A stretch of DNA of 64,000 bases from contig JAYNIM010000001.1 of the NCBI GenBank assembly GCA_038109055.1, forward strand, positions 89,527 to 153,526, given 5' to 3'. The notes beneath the pieces are model-generated. The model was not told the DNA's origin and did not search any database. It saw nothing but the letters and a program-made list of their open reading frames with translations. Each line of letters starts with the position of its first letter. Position 1 is the stretch's first letter. A program made the position numbers and the translations under genes. Origin of the DNA: a bacterium (GTDB lineage: Bacteria > Margulisbacteria > Marinamargulisbacteria > GCA-2716485 > JAYNIM01). This document shows, piece after piece, positions 9,332 through 18,450 of the stretch.

Positions 9332-10079
9332 CTTTTGTAAGTTTAAATTGACTTTTTATTGTGATGGTTTGTTCTTTTTTTTTTGTTTCTAAATTTATTA
9401 ATGAGATCTTTTCGTTTTGTAATAGTTGTTTTATGGAATTTTTAAACTTTTTTATTCTTTTTAGGGGTATTGTTGAGGTAATTTCGGCGTTATTTTTGTG
9501 GTGATTTAGAGTTTCAATGGGTGTTGTATATTCGCTTAGTAATGTGATGAAGGCCTTGTTTTTTTGTTTTTGTTTGTTTGTATAGGTTTTATATTTTTCT
9601 TGTATTTGTAGGGTGTTTATACTGTGATTACTGAGTGTATGTATGTGGAGATGGATTGTTTTATTTGAAATTGATAGTAATAAGAGGGTTATTATAGCGA
9701 TATAATTATAGGGAGAAGGAAGTGGATGAAGGCTTTTGTCTAGGACTTTTTTTAGGGTAGTTTTGTTTTGTTTGGTGAGTATTTTGATTGTGTGTTCGTT
9801 AAATATTTCTTTTAGTTTGGCTTGAATTTTTTGTGTGTTTTGGCTGTGTTTTAGCTTGTTGTTGATTAAGTTTTGATTGATATATATGAGTAGTATGTTA
9901 TTTGTGTTGATTTTTGAGCAAAGTTTATGTTGTTGTTTTGGGTTATTAATAAAACAAAAAAAGGATAGGTTTGTTTTTTTGTTATTTACCGTGTGATAAT
10001 CCTTATTGAAATGTATAGTTTGATGCATAGCTAAATATTTTATTTTGTATATTTTATTGTAACTTTTATTATTTATCAA
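9321..10079 (-). CDS. hypothetical single-pass membrane protein (252 aa); the position would suit a PilN/PilO-like secretin accessory
   Basis: Central TM segment [14 protein letters not shown] followed by K/Q-rich helical sequence. First gene of the three-gene secretin module. The start is uncertain (M1 at 10079 or M18 at 10028). Confidence 0.45.
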   Translation of the reverse strand: MINNKSYNKIYKIKYLAMHQTIHFNKDYHTVNNKKTNLSFFCFINNPKQQHKLCSKINTNNILLIYINQNLINNKLKHSQNTQKIQAKLKEIFNEHTIKILTKQNKTTLKKVLDKSLHPLPSPYNYIAIITLLLLSISNKTIHLHIHTLSNHSINTLQIQEKYKTYTNKQKQKNKAFITLLSEYTTPIETLNHHKNNAEITSTIPLKRIKKFKNSIKQLLQNEKISLINLETKKKEQTITIKSQFKLTKDEN

Positions 10080-10092
10080 TAAGGAGTGTTGG

Positions 10093-10509
10093 GTGAAATC
10101 ATATAGAAAGGTGTTGTGTTTACATATTGATAAACGAAGAGAGTTTGTTAATATTACGGGGCAGGTTCAAGAGGCTTTATTAGATAGTGGGGTTAAAGAG
10201 GGGTTGCTTCTCTGTAATGCGATGCATATTTCGGCCTCTGTATTTATTAATGATGATGAATCAGGCTTGCATGCGGATTTTGAGAAATGGCTGGAGGGCT
10301 TAGCTCCAGAAAAACCTTATGAACAGTATGCTCATAATGGTTATGAAGATAATGCAGATGCACATCTTAAGCGAACCATTATGGGGCGTGAGGTGGTTGT
10401 TGCTGTGACGGATGGACAATTAGATTTTGGGCCTTGGGAACAAATTTTTTATGGCGAATTTGATGGTAAGCGTGATAAACGTATTTTAATCAAGATTATT
10501 GGTGAATAA
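10093..10509 (+). CDS. yjbQ: YjbQ/UPF0047 family protein (secondary thiamine-phosphate synthase-like)
   Basis: Family-typical sequence: [93 protein letters not shown] start preceded by AAGGAG (10080-10085). Confidence 0.85.
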   Translation: MKSYRKVLCLHIDKRREFVNITGQVQEALLDSGVKEGLLLCNAMHISASVFINDDESGLHADFEKWLEGLAPEKPYEQYAHNGYEDNADAHLKRTIMGREVVVAVTDGQLDFGPWEQIFYGEFDGKRDKRILIKIIGE

Positions 10510-11206
10510 ATCAGATATTCGTTTTTTTGATTTATTTTCGCAACAGACTTTGGTTATATCGTCGAGTCGACCTACCAGGTGTTTTTTTTGTTCTTCTATT
10601 CATTCACGAAACGTTTTTCCGGACTCTAAGAAAGGTATTCCTAAACTATTTAATATGATTCATTCAGAATTGGATATTGATGAGACGATTTTGGATACGT
10701 TGAAAACTATTAAATCAACAGGTGCTAAATGTCGCTTATGGACGCCTTTATTATATTCATCTGATATTATTAATTCTTTTTTTGATTATGTGGATGAATG
10801 GGTGATTTATCTACCTGTTGCTAATCAGGCATTTTATCGTAAATTAACTGGATTTGATGCGTATGAACGGGTGCTCAAATCTTTGAATTTTTTAGGGGAT
10901 CATCAGCAAGCTTTTTCCTTGTATATGCCGATTAAATCTGAAACCGTTTCTTATGTTCCGGATGTACATGATTTGGCTTTTCATTTTTCTGTTCCTTTAT
11001 ATCTTTATTTTTCTTCGCAAGCATTTAGACAGAGGGATACGGTGAAGTTTATTTTACGTTATCGCTCTATTAAGGATGTGTATGTTTTTAAGATGGCACA
11101 ATCCGTGTTTTTTCCTTGCAGTGTAAAGAGGGGAACTTTGTTGGTTCCGCCTTGGCAGTGGGGGATGAATCGTTTGAGATATACATTATTTGGCTTTAAG
11201 AAATGA
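10499..11206 (+). CDS. hypothetical protein with weak radical-SAM/TIM-barrel-like layout but no CxxxCxxC
   Basis: Overlaps yjbQ by 11 nt. The region [19 protein letters not shown]...[37 protein letters not shown]...[11 protein letters not shown] resembles the core strands of MoaA/PqqE-type radical SAM enzymes. Only CFFC is present where the cluster motif is expected. Confidence 0.5.
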   Translation: MVNKSDIRFFDLFSQQTLVISSSRPTRCFFCSSIHSRNVFPDSKKGIPKLFNMIHSELDIDETILDTLKTIKSTGAKCRLWTPLLYSSDIINSFFDYVDEWVIYLPVANQAFYRKLTGFDAYERVLKSLNFLGDHQQAFSLYMPIKSETVSYVPDVHDLAFHFSVPLYLYFSSQAFRQRDTVKFILRYRSIKDVYVFKMAQSVFFPCSVKRGTLLVPPWQWGMNRLRYTLFGFKK

Positions 11207-11287
11207 TGTTGAGGGTTCAGTTATTTACTGGTTATGGCTATTTTTTAAAGATAGTGCTTTTTTGTTTAAAACGCTATAATTTTTGAA

Positions 11288-12145
11288 ATGAGTATTCTAA
11301 CGTTTCAGGTTATTATTGAAAAACTTCAGCGGTTTTGGCAGGCGCGGGATTGTGTGATTGTTCAGCCTTATGATGTTGAAAAAGGAGCGGGGACCATGAG
11401 TCCACATACCTTTTTGCGGGCATTAGGGGATGATCCTTGGCGTGTGGCGTATGTAGAGCCGTGTCGACGACCTACCGATGGGCGTTATGCTGAAAACCCT
11501 AATCGTTTGCAGCATTATTTTCAGTATCAGGTTTTGTTAAAACCTTCGCCGAAAGATGTACAGGCTGTTTACATTGATAGTTTGATTGCGATTGGGATTG
11601 ATCCGAAACAGCATGATATTCGTTTTGTTGAAGATAATTGGGAATCCCCGACTTTGGGGGCTTGGGGCTTGGGCTGGGAAGTGTGGTTGGATGGAATGGA
11701 AATTACGCAGTTTACCTATTTTCAACAGTGTGGGGGCTTTCCTTGTGACCCTGTTTCGGTGGAATTGACCTATGGTTTAGAGCGTTTGGCGTGTTTTATT
11801 CAAGGCAAGGACAGTGTCTTTGATATTGTCTGGCAAACTCAGGGTGATAAAGAGATTTTATATTCGGATATTTATAAGCGATCAGAAATAGAACAGTGTC
11901 ATTATAATTTTGAGTTGGCTTCTAAAGACCGTTTAGGGATTTTTTTTGACGGGTATGAACAGGAATCCTTACGTTGTATTCAAAAATCATTGGTGTATCC
12001 AGCTTATGATGCCTGTTTGAAGTGTTCGCATCTTTTTAATTTATTGGATGCCCGTGCTGCGATTTCAGTGTCTGAACGCCAGCAGTATATTTTACGAATT
12101 CGTCAATTGGCCAAATCAATTGCGGAGGTCTATCTGAATGGTTAA
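11288..12145 (+). CDS. glyQ: glycine--tRNA ligase alpha subunit
   Basis: Near-invariant blocks [81 protein letters not shown]. Confidence 0.95.
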   Translation: MSILTFQVIIEKLQRFWQARDCVIVQPYDVEKGAGTMSPHTFLRALGDDPWRVAYVEPCRRPTDGRYAENPNRLQHYFQYQVLLKPSPKDVQAVYIDSLIAIGIDPKQHDIRFVEDNWESPTLGAWGLGWEVWLDGMEITQFTYFQQCGGFPCDPVSVELTYGLERLACFIQGKDSVFDIVWQTQGDKEILYSDIYKRSEIEQCHYNFELASKDRLGIFFDGYEQESLRCIQKSLVYPAYDACLKCSHLFNLLDARAAISVSERQQYILRIRQLAKSIAEVYLNG

Positions 12146-14189
12146 GTATGTCTTTGAATTGGGACTTGAAGAAGTTCCGGCTCGTTTTTGTCGTTCATTG
12201 ACAACTTTGGTTGACGAGCGAATACGGCAGTCATTATCTGATGCGCGTCTTTCTTTTGACGGGGTGTCGGTGATGATGACGTATCGGCGTTTGGTTATTT
12301 GTATTGATGGGTTGGCGGAGTCACAGACGGATATTTCTCAGCAGGTGATGGGGCCGCCATGTCAGGTTGCGTATGATGCTGAGGGGCAGTTAACTGCTGC
12401 AGGACAGGGGTTTTTAAGAAAAATTGGAGTGGATATTTCGCAGGTGCAAACCAAGCAGGATGCGAAAGGTCGGGATGTGTTGTTCGTAGAAAAATCCGAG
12501 TTGGGTTCTCCTACCTCTCAATGTTTAGGCGCGTTGATTCAGACACTGGTCGAGAACTTACCTTTGTCGATTGCGATGCGTTGGGGTCAGGGGCAGGGGC
12601 CTTTTGTTCGTCCTGTGCAGTGGGTATTGAGTCTGCTGAATGATCAGCTACTGCCGATAACTTTGTTTGGGGTGACCGCAGATCTCTATACTTTTGGACA
12701 TCGCTTTTTGTCTGAGGATAGGTCTGATCATTGGTTAGGATTGAGGATCTCTGTAAGATCGGCAGAGACCTTTATTCAGCAATTGCAAGATGAAGGGCAG
12801 GTAATTTTAGATCCGACACAGCGCAAGCAGGTGATTTGTGATGCTTTGCCTGATGGGGCTATGTTCGTGGATGATACTTTGTTGGAGGAATTAGTGTATT
12901 TGTCGGAATGTCCAGGGGTGTTGAGGGCTAAGATCACCGATGATTTTTTGACCTTGCCTCATGTTGTCGTTGAAACCTGTTTGACCAAGCATCAAAAATA
13001 TATTCCTCTTAAAGATGCAGATGGGCGTTTGACGGGGGACTATGTTCTTGTATCGGATAATTTGACTGCGGATAATGATGCAACGATACGTCAAGGTAAT
13101 GAACGGGTGTTGGTGGCACGATTACGGGATGCACAGTTTTTTTGGGAACAGGATCAGAAAGTAGGTTTGATGGCCTATGCACAGCGTTTGGAGGGATTGG
13201 TTTATCAAGCTGGTTTGGGGAGTATGGCGGATAAGCAGCGACGACTATTGGCTATATCTAGACAGTTAGCTGAGGCTTATTTTTCCTGTGATACAGCAAG
13301 TTTGGAGGCGTTGTGTGCCTGTTCGAAGGCGGATTTGATGTCGTTGATGGTGCAGGAGTTTCCGTCACTTCAAGGATATATGGCGGAGGCGTATGCCCGT
13401 TTGGAGGGGGCTCCAGAGTTACTTTGTGTTGCTTTGAGAGAACAATATGAACCACGCACAGCTTCAGGGACATTACCGCAAAGTGATTTGGGAGTGATGC
13501 TTGCGATGGCGGATCGTTTAGATCATTGTGTTGCGGCTTTTATTTTGGAACAAAATCCCAGTGGCTCGCGTGATCCATTGGGGATACGACGTTCGGTGGT
13601 GGCTCTGCTGCGTATTGCTTTGGATCGGGATTTGGATGTGAATTTTTCTGAGTTGTTTCGCTGTGTATATGAGGTTTATGGAAAGGAGTCACTTTATGCG
13701 GCACATGCAGAGGTGATAGAAACCTTTGTGTTGCAGCGCATTCAGTCGCAGTTTGAGGCTTTGGGATTGGCTTATGATGTGGTGGCAGCGGTGTTGCCGC
13801 TTTCGTATGTGTCTCTTGTTACGGCTTATCGCCGCGCTTTGGATTTGGCTGATTTTAAAGCAAAGGATGTATCGGGGTATAAAGCCTTTGTTGAAACAGG
13901 CCTTCGTGTTAGACGTTTATTACAAAAGCAGGATTCCTTTGTCTTAGATGAGGGCTTATTTGAGATGGATATTGAGCGAGATGCTTATCTTGGTTTACAG
14001 AATTGTGTTACACAAGAGGTGCTATCTTTACAGGCTTTAACGCCTTTTGTGACTGTTATGACGCGTTATTTTGAAGATGTGTTGGTGATGCATGATAAAC
14101 GTGATATCCAGCAAAATCGTTTGGCGTTTTTACAGCAGTGTCATGCTGTGTTTGCTACTTGGGGAGACTTAGAAACATTAGTATTGTAG
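12138..14189 (+). CDS. glyS: glycine--tRNA ligase beta subunit
   Basis: Overlaps glyQ by 8 nt. N-terminus [11 protein letters not shown], plus [26 protein letters not shown] and QAGLGSM, all typical of GlyS. 683 aa. Confidence 0.93.
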   Translation: MVKYVFELGLEEVPARFCRSLTTLVDERIRQSLSDARLSFDGVSVMMTYRRLVICIDGLAESQTDISQQVMGPPCQVAYDAEGQLTAAGQGFLRKIGVDISQVQTKQDAKGRDVLFVEKSELGSPTSQCLGALIQTLVENLPLSIAMRWGQGQGPFVRPVQWVLSLLNDQLLPITLFGVTADLYTFGHRFLSEDRSDHWLGLRISVRSAETFIQQLQDEGQVILDPTQRKQVICDALPDGAMFVDDTLLEELVYLSECPGVLRAKITDDFLTLPHVVVETCLTKHQKYIPLKDADGRLTGDYVLVSDNLTADNDATIRQGNERVLVARLRDAQFFWEQDQKVGLMAYAQRLEGLVYQAGLGSMADKQRRLLAISRQLAEAYFSCDTASLEALCACSKADLMSLMVQEFPSLQGYMAEAYARLEGAPELLCVALREQYEPRTASGTLPQSDLGVMLAMADRLDHCVAAFILEQNPSGSRDPLGIRRSVVALLRIALDRDLDVNFSELFRCVYEVYGKESLYAAHAEVIETFVLQRIQSQFEALGLAYDVVAAVLPLSYVSLVTAYRRALDLADFKAKDVSGYKAFVETGLRVRRLLQKQDSFVLDEGLFEMDIERDAYLGLQNCVTQEVLSLQALTPFVTVMTRYFEDVLVMHDKRDIQQNRLAFLQQCHAVFATWGDLETLVL

Positions 14190-15190
14190 CTCGTTCGTTA
14201 ATTTTACAGAGTCATGAACAAGGTTGGGCGGGTATTTCGCTGCAGACCTCTGAGCTCTCACCGCCTCAATCGATGGAGTTACAGTTGCGTTTGATTTCTG
14301 CGGCAGTGAATCCAGCTGATATTAATATGATCGAAGGGCGCTATTTGATTCAACCGCCATTGGGATTTTGTTTGGGGAATGAAGGTGTCTTTGAGGTGAT
14401 TACTGTTGGGGAGGATGTGCATGGTTTTAAGGTAGGGGATCGTGTTATTTTGCCCTTTAAGGATGAACAGTCTTGGGTGGGGGGATGGTGTAGTCATTGT
14501 GTGGTATCGGCTGAGTCGGCGGTCAAGGTACCTGAAGGCATATCAGATCATTTAGCGGGCATGTCGACGGTGAACCCTTTGACCGCGTTATTGTTATTGA
14601 CGCGTTTTGTGACTTTGGACCCTACATTGCCGATGATTCAAAATGCGGCAAATAGTAACTTGGGCCGTTGGGTAGCCGCATTTGTGAAACGTTTGGGGGT
14701 GACTTGTATTCATATTGTCCGTTCACAACGGGCGCTTGAGAGTTTGTCGGAGGCTGATCAACGGACGGCCTTGGTCTATGAAAAAGGGATAGAAACACAG
14801 GTGTTGGATCGTTATGGCTATTGTCAGTTGGCGTTAAACGGGGTAGGGGGTGATCAGGCTAAATCCTTGGCCAAGGTATTGGCCCCTCATGCGTCATTGG
14901 TGACCTATGGCGCGATGGCAAAGCAACCCTTATCTTTTGGAAATGGGCTGTTTATTTTTCAGAATATTGTTTTAACAGGCTTTAATAGAAGTCGTTTCTT
15001 GCAGGAACATCCTGTTGCTGAAATTCGAGAGTTGTATGAGTGTGTCTTTGAATGGATGTTGGACGTGGATCCGTCTTTTTTTCCTGTTTCTAAGACGTTT
15101 TCATTAGATTCGTATAACCAGGCCTTGGATCATGTGTTGTCGAATGAGCGTTTAGCTAAGGTTCTTTTTGTTGGGGATGGGGTTAAGTAG
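14138..15190 (+). CDS. MDR-superfamily NAD(P)H-dependent enoyl reductase / quinone oxidoreductase-like protein
   Basis: VNPADINMIEGRY...LGNEGVFEVITVGEDVHGFKVGDRVI plus a C-terminal Rossmann half. The start is uncertain. The track ATG at 14138 overlaps glyS by 52 nt, and the next ATG (about 14273) would remove the first conserved strand. Confidence 0.72.
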   Translation: MSCCVCYLGRLRNISIVARSLILQSHEQGWAGISLQTSELSPPQSMELQLRLISAAVNPADINMIEGRYLIQPPLGFCLGNEGVFEVITVGEDVHGFKVGDRVILPFKDEQSWVGGWCSHCVVSAESAVKVPEGISDHLAGMSTVNPLTALLLLTRFVTLDPTLPMIQNAANSNLGRWVAAFVKRLGVTCIHIVRSQRALESLSEADQRTALVYEKGIETQVLDRYGYCQLALNGVGGDQAKSLAKVLAPHASLVTYGAMAKQPLSFGNGLFIFQNIVLTGFNRSRFLQEHPVAEIRELYECVFEWMLDVDPSFFPVSKTFSLDSYNQALDHVLSNERLAKVLFVGDGVK

Positions 15191-15427
15191 TTTTTGTGGT
15201 TTATTTTCGTTAAGAAGCCGGAGAAGATCTGTGTTAACTTGCTAAAGGAGCTGGAGCGATTATACATCTAACAATTACATTTAGTGGATCACAGATAATA
15301 AAGAATGGGAAGTCAATTAAGGTCATTCTTGATTTGCTAGAAGGAGAAGGTTCAACTGATGCTCTATTGAACATTTTTTCATAGTGTGATGATCAGACTG
15401 TTTCGTATTAATAGTAGTTATATTTTT

Positions 15428-16270
15428 TTATGATAAATGTTGGTCTAGACCAGGAAAGGGTGTGATATTGCCTGCTAGAGTGGCCTGTAATTTGGGGAGG
15501 TTTTTATTTTTCTCTTCCTCAGATCTGAAGCTTGTTTTGTGGTGAAGGTGATAGACAAAACATGAATATTTGGCTGATTTACGGAAGATGTTTTTTGCTA
15601 GGAGTCTGACTAGTAGATCACTATCTTCATATCCCCAATCTTGGTAATTTTCATTAAATCCATTTACAAGAAGGAGATCTTTTTTCCATATGGCAAAGCA
15701 GCTTGCTGTTTTTTTCCATTCTGTTTTTTGTGTATAACGTAGTTTTCCTAAAGGAAGGTTGATACTGGCTAAATATTTGTTGAGGTTTCCTTTTATTCGT
15801 TCTTTTAATACCCATAATGTTTTTTTCTTGGCTAAGGAAAAAGGTTTTTTTAAAAATAAATCAGTTAGGTCTTTATTGATAAAGATACGTTGATGGAGGC
15901 AAAAATAATTTTTTTGGGCATGTTTTCGATGGTTTGCAATGAAATGTTCGTTGCATATGTTGTCTTGATCAAGAAAAATAATGTAGTCGCCTTTAGCCTT
16001 TGCAATGCCTTTATTGCGTGTTTTTGAAATGTGGAAGCGGATATGTTTTTGCCATAAAAATGTGAGCGTATAGCCTAAATTTTTCTTTAGTTTATTGATC
16101 ATGTTTTCTGTTTCTTTGTTTGACCCATCATCTGATACAATTACTTCAAAGTTAGTGTCTGTTTGTTCATTAAGCGCGATTAAGCATTGCTCGAGTGCCT
16201 CTGGCCAATTGAAGCTTGTAATTACCACGGAGATGAGCATGGTTTTGGGATTAATGTTCGTTTTGTTCAT
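15428..16270 (-). CDS. family 2 glycosyltransferase
   Basis: ISVVITSFNWPEALEQCLIALNEQTDTNFEVIVSDDGS, plus the DxD-type motif FLDQDN. Confidence 0.85.
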   Translation of the reverse strand: MNKTNINPKTMLISVVITSFNWPEALEQCLIALNEQTDTNFEVIVSDDGSNKETENMINKLKKNLGYTLTFLWQKHIRFHISKTRNKGIAKAKGDYIIFLDQDNICNEHFIANHRKHAQKNYFCLHQRIFINKDLTDLFLKKPFSLAKKKTLWVLKERIKGNLNKYLASINLPLGKLRYTQKTEWKKTASCFAIWKKDLLLVNGFNENYQDWGYEDSDLLVRLLAKNIFRKSAKYSCFVYHLHHKTSFRSEEEKNKNLPKLQATLAGNITPFPGLDQHLS

Positions 16271-16301
16271 GTCTTGATGGTAGATCGAAGTGATGCTTGC
16301 G

Positions 16302-17405
16302 TCAATTTTGATTGTTTGATTGATTCGTATTTAAATCGGGAAATCGGTTAAATAAGGATTGTGTAAATAAGTTCTCAAGTTCTTCGGTGGATTCTGGGGA
16401 TGAGCCGAAGACATGTTCGAACATATCCCAGCGTTCCATGCATAAATATAGCATAGGTTGAGAGGGGGATTGGGCATGATGGGGGCCTAGATGAGCGACC
16501 TGTAATGTGCGGCAGAGTTTTTTGTATATATGGGTGTAGAGCTCTTTTCTTAGGGGTTTGAGGTAGCGCATTTTGCCGTCTGGGCCGGTGACCATTTCGT
16601 TTTCTAGGGCCTTGGATTTGGGATAGAGGCTTTGCATACTGAGGCGCATTTTTGGATTAAAACGTAAACTTCCCATGGATATCCACGCGATTGTTTCGGG
16701 ACGAATCTCAGCGAAAATAGCGTCAATCATGTTGTTATAGCCTTGTTGCCAGTTTTGGTAGAGCATTAAGGGTTCGAAATGTAGGCCAATTTTGTAACCG
16801 GCTTCTTGGCAGCGTTTAGCGGCAGTGAGTCGTTTTGTAAGAGAGGCTGTTTTATATTCTTCTTTTTGACATATCTCTTCACTGTTCATGGACCAAGAGA
16901 CCACTGTTTTTCCTTTGTGATTTAGCGGGAGTATCCTGTCTACACAATCTGATTTGGTCTTCAGTTCTAGAATGGCGCGTGGGATTTTTGCGAATTCTTT
17001 TATCAGTTTTCCTGCTTGCCCTGTTTGATTTTCTAAGGCAAGTGAATCTCCCAGTTCCCAGGTGCCAACGCGGATAAATGCGTGGGGGTTTTTTTCGAGA
17101 TAATCTGTGACCTCTTTGACAAGTGCGGGGATGTCCTTGGTGACTTGGAGCTGGGTATTGCTGAGGTAATCTTGTAAAAAACAGTAGCTGCATTCGTAGG
17201 GGCAGTTGCTGACGGTTTTAAGGACTTTGACATTGCAACAGATGTAATCGTCTCCTTTGGCAGAACAGGTATCAAAGGCCTGGCCTTTTTTGGCGACGAA
17301 TTGAATGCTTTTTTTACCTATGCGTAGATCCTTTTTTTGCAGTGTGTCGGAACTGCTTTGGATGGGAAGGGTGTCTTTTTCTTTTATTTTTTTGCTCTCT
17401 GTCAT
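16302..17405 (-). CDS. radical SAM protein of the spore photoproduct lyase (SPL/SplB) family
   Basis: CPYECSYCFLQDY gives Cys68-x3-Cys72-x2-Cys75 in the CxxxCxYC(F/Y)LQ context typical of SPL. The C-terminal GSLRFNPKMR...GKMRYLKPLRKELY is also SPL-like. Confidence 0.78.
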   Translation of the reverse strand: MTESKKIKEKDTLPIQSSSDTLQKKDLRIGKKSIQFVAKKGQAFDTCSAKGDDYICCNVKVLKTVSNCPYECSYCFLQDYLSNTQLQVTKDIPALVKEVTDYLEKNPHAFIRVGTWELGDSLALENQTGQAGKLIKEFAKIPRAILELKTKSDCVDRILPLNHKGKTVVSWSMNSEEICQKEEYKTASLTKRLTAAKRCQEAGYKIGLHFEPLMLYQNWQQGYNNMIDAIFAEIRPETIAWISMGSLRFNPKMRLSMQSLYPKSKALENEMVTGPDGKMRYLKPLRKELYTHIYKKLCRTLQVAHLGPHHAQSPSQPMLYLCMERWDMFEHVFGSSPESTEELENLFTQSLFNRFPDLNTNQSNNQN

Positions 17406-17424
17406 ATTTCTATCTGTTGATTAT

Positions 17425-18375
17425 TTATAACATGTCTAATAAGCGGTCTATTTTCGTTAGTTGGGTCGTATTGACTGAGTTTAGTGTGTCTGAGAGCATG
17501 TTTTTTTTGTGGGTGTGGATCTGTAAGGTAAGCGCGTGTGTTTCGAGGCTTTTGTCCCAGATTAGGTCGATATTTTTAGGAAGGTTTAAGGCGTGGATTT
17601 GGCGCTTAATTTCCTTGTGATAGTAATGAAGAGTTGGTTTGGCATTCATTTTTAATTTTTCAAGGAAGGCGTTTTGGAGGCGTTTATTTTGTGAGGCTAG
17701 TTGGGGGTTGTTTGTTAGAATATCCTTTAGTTCGTCTGTTATCGAGACTGTATGTTGTTTGCTTTGTTCGATATAGCTTGCGGCTAGGATAAAGTTTGAG
17801 GCGGTCCATTGTAGTTGGGGATTTAATGCAATAAGTTGTTCTAGGGTGCTTTTTTTGAAGGTGATGATTTTTTTGCAGTGGGTAAAGCTGAATTTTTTTT
17901 CGCGGCAAAAGTGAAGGATGTTGGGGCTGAGTTGACTAAGTTTTTTGAGGTTGTGGAAATAACTTTTTTTCTGGGAGCTTGTTTCCAGGTTTTGTGTGTT
18001 TGAAGAGAGGGGGTGGGTTTCTTGTGTTAGGAGTGGGCTGTGTTCTCTGCCGAGTGTTTGTAAGAGTAGTGCTTGAATGATGGGGTTTTGGATCTGTTTG
18101 CTTTTGAGGGCGTGTATGAGCTGAAAAAGTTCTTTTGGAGTTTGGCAGGGGTGGGTACATGCGGGGACCTTTGTCATGTTTTGTTGCTGGGCCCAATATA
18201 GGCGTTTGAATCCGTCGATCAGGAGGGGTGTCTCTTTGTATATGGCGATATGTAAGGGGCTAAGGATGCCGTGTTGAGTAAGGGCGTGAGTGAGTAGGGG
18301 GTCTTTTTCTTGGGAAAGGCAGTATTTGAGTAGGACAGAAATTTGATGTGTAGGCATACTTAAGACTGTTTTCAT
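17425..18375 (-). CDS. ParB/sulfiredoxin-like N-terminal domain protein
   Basis: GILSPLHIAIYKETPLLIDGFKRLYWAQQQNMTKVP matches the ParB-N pattern (P..V.....L.DG.-R..A......VP). The rest is helical with no assignable domain. Lies 19 nt upstream of the SPL-like gene. Confidence 0.55.
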   Translation of the reverse strand: MKTVLSMPTHQISVLLKYCLSQEKDPLLTHALTQHGILSPLHIAIYKETPLLIDGFKRLYWAQQQNMTKVPACTHPCQTPKELFQLIHALKSKQIQNPIIQALLLQTLGREHSPLLTQETHPLSSNTQNLETSSQKKSYFHNLKKLSQLSPNILHFCREKKFSFTHCKKIITFKKSTLEQLIALNPQLQWTASNFILAASYIEQSKQHTVSITDELKDILTNNPQLASQNKRLQNAFLEKLKMNAKPTLHYYHKEIKRQIHALNLPKNIDLIWDKSLETHALTLQIHTHKKNMLSDTLNSVNTTQLTKIDRLLDML

Positions 18376-18450
18376 GCCTTTTATATTAGCATAAGTACAT
18401 TTAGGCCTCTTTTCTTGACTTTCTTCTAAAGCTATACAAGCATATAGAGT

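Noticed and set aside
13258-13473. Antisense ORFs opposite well-supported + strand genes. Examples: 11537-11725, 12891-13094 and 13258-13473 within glyQS; 24013-24912 within the Sel1 gene; 29393-29644; 35485-35811; 36539-36784; 42917-43171; 48272-48523; 53737-53964.
   Set aside because: They have the same composition artefact (reading the A+C-rich strand), no start-site support and no recognisable domains, and they overlap strongly conserved coding sequence.
15191-15427. Start-less 49-codon + strand ORF (LAKGAGAIIHLTITFSGSQIIKNGKSIKVILDLLEGEGSTDALLNIFS) in a 237-bp spacer with less skewed composition. It could be a gene remnant.
   Set aside because: It has no start codon, no SD and no recognisable motif. 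The evidence is insufficient for a pseudogene call.
16879-17275. Long alternative-frame ORFs on the minus strand inside real minus-strand genes. Examples: 16879-17193 and 17033-17275 within the SPL-like gene; 17684-17908 and 17936-18196 within the ParB-like gene; 38983-39207; 51254-51610 within crcB; 54919-55101; 61045-61353.
   Set aside because: The minus strand is A+C-rich and T-poor, so stop codons (TAA/TAG/TGA) are rare in all its frames and spurious ORFs become long. Their translations are P/T/H/Q/R-rich low-complexity strings with no motifs, and each is fully nested in a gene with clear family signatures.
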